Part shown: in pieces, positions 7,083 through 13,689 of the stretch
Layout of the letters: every line of letters begins with the position of its first letter
Position numbering within the stretch: the first letter of the stretch is position 1
Origin: a virus
Reading direction: 5' to 3' (one strand)
UHGV virus genome: UHGV-0136738
Length of the DNA: 13,932 nucleotides
Position numbers and translations under genes: made by a program
The notes under the pieces: model-generated
The model's input: the letters and a program-made list of their open reading frames with translations, nothing else
The model's database searches: none
Told to the model about the DNA's origin: nothing

Positions 7083-9355
7083 TATTTGAACCCCGGCGCG
7101 TTTCTTGTGGCCTTGCGGGCCTTGCTAATCTTACTGTTACTGTTCTGCAAAGAGGCGGCGACCTGTTCCTCGATGATGATGCGCAGACGCCCTTCATCAT
7201 CCTGCTCGGTGGACACGTTGCCGATTTGCGAACTCGTGTTGTTTACGATGGTAACATTAGATGGGCCGGAAGAAGACCCGTTTTGGCCCATAATCTCTTT
7301 CATTTGTTGCGCGGTGCGTACTCGCGACGCCCCCGCGGGCATAATTACCTCAGGTTTACCGCGTTCGGCGATGGTGGAAGCCTGCCCCGCGGATAACTGG
7401 CCCCCCTGTTCACGCGCGGACCTGATAGCGGAAACCTGCGCCATACCGGCCCCAACAGCAGCGGCAGCGGCTACTGGTGCAAGGAATGGCCCAACAACCG
7501 GGATAGCAGCTGTTGACTTATACGCTTCAATAGCTGCAGTATACGTAGCGATAGTGGCCTGCACAATCGCGAACGCCTTATAAGCGCCGGATGCTTCACC
7601 TAACGCGGATCCAATGTTAGAAGCCATGTTACCAAAAGCTGTTGCCGTTGCGTCAGCACGCTTGGTTGCGTACTGCTCGTTGATGGCGCTAAGCGCAGCC
7701 TGATATTGCTTCTCGCTAATAAGACCTTGTTCTCGGTACTTATCGGCTACCGCCAGTTTCTGCTGTTCCTGAATATCCAGAAGCTCAAGCTCGGTGGCGT
7801 TCTGGCCCATAATCTGAGCCATGAAATCCTCACCTTTCTGTTGCTTATCCTGGGCTTCTTTCTGGCGTTTATCCAGTTCATCCTGCCGTTTTTGCCCTGC
7901 TTCAAGAACAATGGCGGTTTTAGCCTGTTCGTACTCTTTTAACGATAGCGCACCCTGACTGTAGAACTCTTTTGCTTTAGCCAGTTTCTGCTGCTCCTGG
8001 GCGTCAATAGCCTTTAACTCGTCATTGTTCTGACGGGCCAAAGTGTCGAGGTAATCTTGTGCCTGATTACGCAATTGTTCTGCTTTCTTAGCGGCTGCTT
8101 TTGCTGCTTTATCGTCGGTTTTCCCCGTCCCACCAGTCCCGCCTTTTTTATCAACAAGGCTGGCTAAGTCGATTTCTTGCTTCTTGCGCTCGTCATACTG
8201 CTTGCGCTGTTCCTCAATTTCTTTCTTACGCTGCTTAGACCTGTCGGTAATGGCCTGGGACTCCGCCTCTGCGCGTTTTATGCTGGCGGCATATGCGGCG
8301 TCGGCCTCCGCAGTCAGGTTTTTAAATGTGAGCGCTGCCGTTTTGCTCGGGTCAAACACGTCAGCAAGAGTCTGGCCTAACGCTACGGCATAATCATCAA
8401 TGCGCTGAAACCATGCAATAACCTCGTGGAATGTCTGCTGAATGTCAGGCAACCACTCACGGATAGCGTCAGGGATTGTGCCAAGCGAATCTGACATGTT
8501 CGCCGATTTGTCTTCTGTGTCGTACGCCAAATCATTCAAGGCGTCAGAAATAAACTTGAACGACTCATTGAACAGCGTCGCCCAATCCTGGAGTGTGGAT
8601 GCTATCTCATTAGACGCAATGGCATCGGTGAGCGCAGTTACTGCGTCTTCGGCCGCCGCGGCTTGCTCACCTACGGCGTCGCCAAAACCAGACTGCGCTA
8701 CCGCAAGAACAAGACCGTCAAATGAGTCAGCAAGGCTCGACAACTGCCCGTCAAGGGTCTTCGAGCGCGTCTCCATCGCTCCGGCGAAATCAGTATTGCC
8801 GATGTTTAGCAGGTATTTCTGAATCTCTTCGGAGTTCTTCTTGACCGTGGTCGTTACGCCACGGAACGTGAACGAAACTGTGTCCGCCTGTTGGGAAGAC
8901 TTGATGCCGAACTCTTTTAAGCGCTCGAATTCAAATGTACTGGCGTCAGCAACTGCCTCAATCATCTGGTTAAGGTCTTTACCCATCGCAGCCGCAGTGT
9001 TGCCGTAGGAGATTAACGCCTCTTTGCTGGGGTTAAGCCCGAGCGCCACGAGCTTGGTAAATCCCTCTACAGCCTGGTTAAGCCCGTATGGTGTTTCTTT
9101 AGCAAACTGTTGCAGGACGCTGAAAGCCTTTGCCGCGTTCTCGGCGCTTCCGGTCATTGTGATGAGTCCGGAGTTCAGCTTATCGAAGTTGCGCTGAGAG
9201 TCCACCAGCGCGCTGAACACCTGTTTAGCGGTTTCCAGACTGACAACGGCAGCTGCCGCCGCCCCCGCCGCCTTGGTAAGCCCGTTCAGTTGAGATGTTG
9301 TTTTATCGACGCCGGTCGAAGATACTCGTACTATCAAACTAGCGGTATCAGCCAT
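7082..9355 (-). CDS. tail tape measure protein
   Basis: Long ORF, 757 aa from ATG at 9355 (AAGGT SD about 8 nt upstream; the ORF track extends to TTG at 9370). Ala-rich N-terminus, a long charged coiled-coil centre with two internal repeats (residues about 449-484 and 526-560), a hydrophobic Ala/Gly/Val-rich segment near residues 595-650, and location directly after two chaperone ORFs. Confidence 0.85.
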   Translation of the reverse strand: MADTASLIVRVSSTGVDKTTSQLNGLTKAAGAAAAAVVSLETAKQVFSALVDSQRNFDKLNSGLITMTGSAENAAKAFSVLQQFAKETPYGLNQAVEGFTKLVALGLNPSKEALISYGNTAAAMGKDLNQMIEAVADASTFEFERLKEFGIKSSQQADTVSFTFRGVTTTVKKNSEEIQKYLLNIGNTDFAGAMETRSKTLDGQLSSLADSFDGLVLAVAQSGFGDAVGEQAAAAEDAVTALTDAIASNEIASTLQDWATLFNESFKFISDALNDLAYDTEDKSANMSDSLGTIPDAIREWLPDIQQTFHEVIAWFQRIDDYAVALGQTLADVFDPSKTAALTFKNLTAEADAAYAASIKRAEAESQAITDRSKQRKKEIEEQRKQYDERKKQEIDLASLVDKKGGTGGTGKTDDKAAKAAAKKAEQLRNQAQDYLDTLARQNNDELKAIDAQEQQKLAKAKEFYSQGALSLKEYEQAKTAIVLEAGQKRQDELDKRQKEAQDKQQKGEDFMAQIMGQNATELELLDIQEQQKLAVADKYREQGLISEKQYQAALSAINEQYATKRADATATAFGNMASNIGSALGEASGAYKAFAIVQATIATYTAAIEAYKSTAAIPVVGPFLAPVAAAAAVGAGMAQVSAIRSAREQGGQLSAGQASTIAERGKPEVIMPAGASRVRTAQQMKEIMGQNGSSSGPSNVTIVNNTSSQIGNVSTEQDDEGRLRIIIEEQVAASLQNSNSKISKARKATRNAPGFK
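7691..8026 (-). repeat. internal duplication within the tape measure gene
   Basis: Peptides ELKAIDAQEQQKLAKAKEFYSQGALSLKEYEQAK and ELELLDIQEQQKLAVADKYREQGLISEKQYQAAL lie 76 codons apart. Their DNA cores gccagtttctgctgctcctg (7980..7999) and gccagtttctgctgttcctg (7752..7771) are 19/20 identical. Confidence 0.6.
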
Positions 9356-9680
9356 GATTTCTACCTTCAAAGATTGCTTCTAGGCCCATGATAATGTCTA
9401 TCTCAAACAGGCTAAGCTGTTTCTGTGTGACGTCGAGATAGGCTTTCAGGTCTTGCCACGTTACGGATTCTCTTGCAAACAATACTACCGCGTCATCGCG
9501 CACGTGTCGCGTAAACTTAATGTCGCAATACGTTTCAAAGGTGGATATGAAAAGGGGCGGGCATTCTGGCCCACCCCGTCGCGCTGCACGTTTTTTCTTA
9601 TCGATTACACCCATTGCGATAAGCGCCTGTTCGTGACCGTCGGCTATAGAATCAAATTCTCTGATTTTATGCTTATCCAC
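9348..9680 (-). CDS. tail assembly chaperone, T-like distal ORF (possibly made as a G-T fusion by -1 frameshift)
   Basis: 110-aa ORF from GTG at 9680 with no convincing SD. The same frame is open upstream to 9731 and overlaps the end of the 139-aa ORF in the -1 frame. Its TGA at 9350..9348 lies just inside the TMP start (ATGGCTGA). Confidence 0.5.
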   Translation of the reverse strand: MDKHKIREFDSIADGHEQALIAMGVIDKKKRAARRGGPECPPLFISTFETYCDIKFTRHVRDDAVVLFARESVTWQDLKAYLDVTQKQLSLFEIDIIMGLEAIFEGRNHG

Positions 9681-9712
9681 GAACTCATAGGTGGCGAACC
9701 TGTACAGCGCGT

Positions 9713-10132
9713 CTACTTTTCCTGCAATGCTTTACGCTCAGCATTATGGAACGCTGCCACCTGAGTACCAAGCCCCTTGAACTGGTCTAGAAGCTTATTA
9801 AACGCCTCTTTGGAGAACGGTTCATCATCAAAGCTCCAGCCGTTGACGACTTCCGCAGCGAGTTGGCGGTTCAGGTCTTCTGCCAGTTCATTAATCGCCA
9901 GGTTATATTCAGTATAGTCGCCGGATTCTTTGGCGGCTTTTTCGAGTTCTTCAAAACGTGCAAGCCCGCGACGGTACGCAATAATGAAAGCGCGACCCGC
10001 TTTAACGGCGACATCGGCATCAGGGCTTACTACGTTAAGCCACTCCCCCGAGTCTTCACCGTTCGGCAGGAGAATCGGCATCTTCTTGCCTACCATCGCT
10101 TTCTCTTCAAAATAAAAATCAGAAAGTTTCAT
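9713..10132 (-). CDS. tail assembly chaperone (G-like)
   Basis: 139-aa acidic ORF immediately upstream of the T-like ORF and the tape measure gene. ATG at 10132 has SD AAAGGA about 8 nt upstream. Confidence 0.6.
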   Translation of the reverse strand: MKLSDFYFEEKAMVGKKMPILLPNGEDSGEWLNVVSPDADVAVKAGRAFIIAYRRGLARFEELEKAAKESGDYTEYNLAINELAEDLNRQLAAEVVNGWSFDDEPFSKEAFNKLLDQFKGLGTQVAAFHNAERKALQEK

Positions 10133-10239
10133 TCTTTAATCCTTTGGTTAAGAGGTTACTGGTTAAAGGAAATGCGCCAGACGGGAACCACCCGCTTTTC
10201 GTGTGCGACACTAGGCGCAAAATTATTCTAACACACTAC

Positions 10240-10268
10240 TTGCACACCCCAATATAATAGCGTACTAT
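10240..10268 (+). promoter_or_regulatory. candidate sigma70-like promoter for the plus-strand cassette
   Basis: TTGCAC (10240..10245), 17-bp spacer, TACTAT (10263..10268), about 30 nt upstream of ATG 10300. A perfect TATAAT at 10253..10258 overlaps but lacks a properly spaced -35. Weak matches only. Confidence 0.2.
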
Positions 10269-10299
10269 TCACTTACACCAACAATGAAGGGGTTTTAAA

Positions 10300-10491
10300 A
10301 TGTCCAGTTTACCAATTTCCTTAATCCTGTTTGCACTGCTCGCGTACTTTGCGCCTTTTTTAGTCGCCTATTTCCGTAACCATAAAGCAAAGCTGGCGAT
10401 ATTTATGGCTAACTTATTTCTCGGGTGGGTTCTGTTGCCGTGGGTATTCATTTTAATCTGGGCTTGCAACTCGAACGTGAAAGAGAAGTAG
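10300..10491 (+). CDS. small membrane protein resembling the superinfection-immunity (Imm_superinfect) family
   Basis: 63-aa ORF with SD GAAGGGG 7 nt upstream of ATG. Two predicted transmembrane helices. Sequence YFAPFLVAYFRNHKAKLAIFMANLFLGWVLLPWVFILIWAC fits the pattern recalled for that family (YF-P, A-x-R-x-H, IF-x-NL-x-LGW, W, LIWA). Confidence 0.5.
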   Translation: MSSLPISLILFALLAYFAPFLVAYFRNHKAKLAIFMANLFLGWVLLPWVFILIWACNSNVKEK

Positions 10492-10529
10492 GCTACTATA
10501 AGACAAATCCTAAACACGAGGAAGTAAGC

Positions 10530-11270
10530 ATGGCCCAGAAGAAAATAACCGACGAGCAGTTACAGGAAGAATTGAACGCCGGGGTGAAGAACGTAGATAT
10601 CGCCCGTAAATACGGCATCTCAGACCGCGTTATCCGAATCCGTAAAGCGAAGCTGGCTAAGAAAGGCGTAGGCCACGGGCGTGACGTAAGCCACCTTGTA
10701 CCAGACGGCTACAAGATTAAGGGTACGTCGTCTCTGGTGGACGAGTTCGGTAACACTAAGTTGCAGTGGGTTAAGACAGACACCGATGCCGAACGTCAGG
10801 TTGAGTTGATGAAAGCCGTAGTCGAAGGCATGAAGTCGGAGATTACTCCCGTTCCGCCAGTTAAGGCCGCCCGGGCTAAACGTGACGACAAGCTGCTTAA
10901 CCTGTACACCGTGTCTGATTTCCATCTCGGTATGTTAGCCTGGGCTGACGAGAGCGGCGACGACTGGGATATGAAAATCGCGGAGGACTTATTTTCACGA
11001 TGGTTTGATGCCGCGTTTCAGAAAGCACCGGATGCAGGTACGGGGGTTATTAATCTTCTTGGCGACTTAGCGCACTTCGATAGTCTTGATGCCGTTACAC
11101 CAGCAAGCGGTCATGTCCTTGACGCCGACACGCGTTACCAGAAACTTGTTCGCTATATGATTCGCATGGTACGCCGTGTTGTCGATATGGCACTGGTTAA
11201 ACATAAAACTGTTCGCTTGCTTATCGTGCAAGGGAACCACGACGAATCCGGGATGATTTGGCTGGCGTAG
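10530..11270 (+). CDS. HTH domain fused to N-terminal half of a calcineurin-like (SbcD/Mre11-type) metallophosphoesterase, ending at an in-frame TAG
   Basis: ATG at 10530 with strong SD GAGGAAG 5 nt upstream; the ORF-track GTG at 10425 overlaps the preceding gene. Residues about 17-42 (GVKNVDIARKYGISDRVIRIRKAKLA) look like a helix-turn-helix. Phosphoesterase motifs I (VSDFHLG), II (GDLAHFD) and III (GNHDE) follow. TAG at 11268..11270. Confidence 0.7.
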   Translation: MAQKKITDEQLQEELNAGVKNVDIARKYGISDRVIRIRKAKLAKKGVGHGRDVSHLVPDGYKIKGTSSLVDEFGNTKLQWVKTDTDAERQVELMKAVVEGMKSEITPVPPVKAARAKRDDKLLNLYTVSDFHLGMLAWADESGDDWDMKIAEDLFSRWFDAAFQKAPDAGTGVINLLGDLAHFDSLDAVTPASGHVLDADTRYQKLVRYMIRMVRRVVDMALVKHKTVRLLIVQGNHDESGMIWLA

Positions 11271-11660
11271 ATGTTCAGCACACTGTACGACAACGAGCCT
11301 CGTGTGTTCGTCGATACGTCGCCGGATGTGTATAAGATGGTGCAACACGGCAAAACGACGCTGTTCTTTCATCACGGGCATAAGGCACGCTTCGACGCAA
11401 TCGAGCCTGTTATGATTGCCAAGTTCCGCAAAGCGTTCGGCGAGAGCGTCTACAGCTACGCGCATGTAGGCCACCTCCACCACCAGAAGATTGTCGAAAG
11501 CCGTAACATGATTGTCGAACAACACCGCACCTTAGCCGCTAAAGACGCATACGCCTCCCGTGGCGGATGGATGTCAGGCCGCGGGGCAAATGTAATTACT
11601 TATAGCGCAGAATATGGCGAGGTCGCACGTTTAACTATTTCACCGGAGATGCTGGGATGA
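11271..11660 (+). CDS. C-terminal half of the same metallophosphoesterase (motifs IV-VI), same frame as the upstream ORF
   Basis: ATG at 11271 directly follows the TAG and is in the same frame (11271 minus 10425 is divisible by 3). Contains FFHHGH and AHVGHLHH, matching the downstream His and GHxH motifs of the fold. Ends with ATGA overlap into the next ORF. Confidence 0.65.
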   Translation: MFSTLYDNEPRVFVDTSPDVYKMVQHGKTTLFFHHGHKARFDAIEPVMIAKFRKAFGESVYSYAHVGHLHHQKIVESRNMIVEQHRTLAAKDAYASRGGWMSGRGANVITYSAEYGEVARLTISPEMLG

Positions 11661-11887
11661 CTTCAAAATACGACAGAACTATGACAAATATACACGGCAG
11701 CACGATGACTGTTGATGTCTATGATGTCCTCCGCGCTTTCGACATCCGAGACCCGGCGCTGCAGCACGCATTGAAAAAGTTGCTGTGTATGGGTCTACGC
11801 GGGCACAAAGACACAGGCACGGACTTAGAAGAGGCAATAGAAAGTCTGGAGAAGTTACGAGAGTACCGGAGTAATATTGATGAGTGA
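11657..11887 (+). CDS. hypothetical protein (76 aa)
   Basis: ORF whose start overlaps the upstream stop as ATGA, consistent with translational coupling inside the cassette. No motif recognised. Confidence 0.45.
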   Translation: MTSKYDRTMTNIHGSTMTVDVYDVLRAFDIRDPALQHALKKLLCMGLRGHKDTGTDLEEAIESLEKLREYRSNIDE

Positions 11888-11894
11888 AAGTATT

Positions 11895-12056
11895 ATGAAA
11901 ACAATATATGTAATCAGAATATACGATGAAGAATGGGATGAGTGGGTAGACATTTACGCCGTTGGAAGTAAGGAAGAGGCGTCAAAAGAAATGACAGAAA
12001 GAAGTGACCGAGGCCAGTTAACTAACTTCTATGAAATGCCATTCAAAAGTGAATAA
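11895..12056 (+). CDS. hypothetical small protein (53 aa), AT-rich
   Basis: ATG 11895 to TAA 12054..12056, translation MKTIYVIRIYDEEWDEWVDIYAVGSKEEASKEMTERSDRGQLTNFYEMPFKSE. Uses A/T-rich codons (ata, aga, aaa) unlike neighbouring genes and has a weak SD. Ends 4 nt before the terminator hairpin. Confidence 0.3.
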   Translation: MKTIYVIRIYDEEWDEWVDIYAVGSKEEASKEMTERSDRGQLTNFYEMPFKSE

Positions 12057-12060
12057 GAAA

Positions 12061-12080
12061 AAGGCCCCTTTCGGGGCCTT
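12061..12080. terminator. Rho-independent terminator hairpin, probably bidirectional
   Basis: Perfect 8-bp stem aaggcccc / ggggcctt with loop tttc, followed by agttttatg on the plus strand and preceded by gaaaaa (a T-run for the minus strand). Lies between the plus-strand cassette and the minus-strand major tail gene ending at 12085. Confidence 0.65.
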
Positions 12081-12084
12081 AGTT

Positions 12085-13269
12085 TTATGCGTAGGTGATA
12101 CGCTGAATAACGATAGACGACTGATATTGGTTGCCCGTAGCCTGGCCTTCAATAGACTGAGTGATAGACTCTGGGCCGCCAATCTCTGGTGTAACTGCGG
12201 TCAACTCCGCACGTTTCAAACTGAAAGACATAGCCCCGTTTACCCCCGCCAGAATAGAGTTAATCTCTACCTGTTGCTCGTTGATAAACTTCTGAATCAT
12301 AGCCATGTCGTACAGTTTGCCCGCGATGGAAAAGGTGTTAGCCGCACGGCCTCGTTCAACGAACGCTACGTTACTGTTGCCGAGTTCGAACTGGGCGGAA
12401 GCACCGTTATCGTTGGTGATGGTCAGCGTGTCGCAACGCAACGGCGACGTACCATCGAACACTGACACATCTACAGATGAGAACGGCTCATCGGTAAACG
12501 TCACCTGAGAGAAATCAGAGCCAGCCGGAGGTGCAGTAAGAATCTCCTGGCTCAGGCCGATGAACGGGAAGCTGCCGGTTACCATCGCGTTAACCGCCTG
12601 CTCGATAGTGAAGCCGGAAATCTCAACTCCTTTGGTAAGCATGTACGCGTCAGGGTTTCCGCACTGGCCTTTGAACCAGGTCAGGATAGAGAACGTTTTA
12701 CACGCGTTACCGGTTTCCAGCTTGTCGCCGGTTTCCAGCTTGTCGCCGGTTTTAGCGTCAGTCGTTACAGTTTCTGTGGTAAGCGTGTGCTGAATACCTG
12801 CGCCTGTTACGACAAGAGCGGAAACTTCGGTAACGATGAATGGCTTCGCGTTATCGCCTGTCAGACCGGTGAACGCGATAAGGTCGCCAACTTCAACGCC
12901 GTCGGTAATGAAGCTACCGGTTGCGCGGGTGAACGTTTTACCAACCGGCGCAACCGTAATTTCCGCGCCAGTAATCTCGACGCCAGCCTGCCACGTAGAT
13001 GTCATCGCACCTGCGAGGAAATCATCCTGACTTTTTGAGCTAAGCTCGATGGCGTATTCCCCGGTTACCTGTTTGTTACCTGTGCGGATAGACGTGGTTT
13101 CACGGCTGCCGTCCAGTTCGTTTGACGTCAGTGCGTCACGTGTTACCGCGGGAACACCGCCAGTATTGCGCAACGGCGACCATACCGGGGAAGTCGGTGT
13201 TACGCCCGGGGTAGTTTCCGCCACATAGAATTGCGCGGTATTCGCGCCCTTAAAAGGAGTTGTAGCCAT
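12085..13269 (-). CDS. major tail (tube) protein, putative
   Basis: About 394 aa from ATG at 13269 (SD AGAGG 8 nt upstream; the ORF track starts at GTG 13275). Ser/Thr/Gly/Val-rich beta-type composition. Lies after a tail-terminator-like gene, is followed by a terminator, and precedes the chaperone/TMP genes. Confidence 0.5.
   Translation of the reverse strand: MATTPFKGANTAQFYVAETTPGVTPTSPVWSPLRNTGGVPAVTRDALTSNELDGSRETTSIRTGNKQVTGEYAIELSSKSQDDFLAGAMTSTWQAGVEITGAEITVAPVGKTFTRATGSFITDGVEVGDLIAFTGLTGDNAKPFIVTEVSALVVTGAGIQHTLTTETVTTDAKTGDKLETGDKLETGNACKTFSILTWFKGQCGNPDAYMLTKGVEISGFTIEQAVNAMVTGSFPFIGLSQEILTAPPAGSDFSQVTFTDEPFSSVDVSVFDGTSPLRCDTLTITNDNGASAQFELGNSNVAFVERGRAANTFSIAGKLYDMAMIQKFINEQQVEINSILAGVNGAMSFSLKRAELTAVTPEIGGPESITQSIEGQATGNQYQSSIVIQRITYA
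12710..12753 (-). repeat. perfect 18-bp tandem duplication inside the major tail gene
   Basis: Plus-strand unit ggtttccagcttgtcgcc occurs twice in tandem (12712..12729 and 12730..12747), followed by a partial third copy ggtttt. It encodes the in-frame peptide repeat TGDKLETGDKLETG. Confidence 0.9.
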
Positions 13270-13271
13270 AT

Positions 13272-13688
13272 TCACAGCCTCTTGGTGAATGCAATAAAGT
13301 TAATCGACAATGGTCTTTTGGCCCATCCATTTTCTACAATCAGCGGCCCCAGGCTAACCGATTGCACTTCGGCGCAGATGTCGTTACGTGAAAATGACTT
13401 ACCTGCTTTGAATGCCGTGTTAAGTAAGTCTGCCATTTTATTGATTGGCGCGCTACCTTTCACCGATGCGTAGTTAATGTCTACCTGATAAACACCGGCG
13501 CGTTGCTCGGTGAAGAATAAGTCGGCCTGCTCTGTATCCGCCAGCAGCATGTAGCTAGCCAGATACGGCGTATCAGTTGACGTTGGGGCGTCGATATTTT
13601 CAAGCGCAACTTTGATGCCGTTGGTGTTTCCGAAGGCTACCAGCGGCACGTCAAACGCTTTTGTTAAATCCTCAAAGTAGCCCATCAT
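13272..13688 (-). CDS. tail terminator / tail completion protein-like, putative
   Basis: 138-aa ORF with SD AAGGTG just upstream of tandem ATG codons; its stop lies 2 nt before the major tail gene ATG. Size and position match a tail terminator; no motif recognised. Confidence 0.4.
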   Translation of the reverse strand: MMGYFEDLTKAFDVPLVAFGNTNGIKVALENIDAPTSTDTPYLASYMLLADTEQADLFFTEQRAGVYQVDINYASVKGSAPINKMADLLNTAFKAGKSFSRNDICAEVQSVSLGPLIVENGWAKRPLSINFIAFTKRL

Positions 13689-13689
13689 T

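Noticed and set aside
7086-9391. Plus-strand ORFs antisense to the tape measure gene (7086..7583, 8177..8393, 8442..8822, 9110..9391)
   Set aside because: All are embedded antisense in the TMP gene. Their Ala/Ser/Leu-rich translations reflect the reverse complement of Ala/Glu/Lys-rich coding sequence.
9453-10231. Plus-strand ORFs antisense to the chaperone genes (9453..9764, 9863..10231, 9930..10115)
   Set aside because: They are antisense to coupled chaperone ORFs with no SD or motif. The region is better explained by the minus-strand G-like and T-like genes.
10240-10258. TTGCAC (10240..10245) paired with the perfect TATAAT (10253..10258) as a promoter
   Set aside because: The spacer is only 7 bp, incompatible with sigma70 geometry. 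TTGCAC pairs better with TACTAT at 10263..10268, and even that is weak.
10425-10529. GTG start at 10425 for the HTH-phosphoesterase ORF as given in the ORF track
   Set aside because: It would overlap the Imm-like gene by 67 nt and lacks an SD, whereas ATG at 10530 has a strong GAGGAAG SD 5 nt upstream. The shorter start is preferred.
11067-11525. 152-aa minus-strand ORF spanning the in-frame TAG junction of the phosphoesterase gene
   Set aside because: It is antisense to a gene with clear catalytic motifs and a strong SD, has no recognisable motif and no SD of its own, and is most likely a chance antisense ORF.
12031-12465. 144-aa plus-strand ORF overlapping the terminator and the 3' end of the major tail gene
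   Set aside because: It runs through the terminator hairpin, is antisense to a well-supported structural gene, and its start lies inside the 53-aa ORF in another frame.
12710-12753. Tandem 18-bp repeat as a possible CRISPR array or minisatellite
   Set aside because: There are only two and a fraction copies with no spacers, and it lies in-frame inside a coding gene. It is an intragenic duplication.
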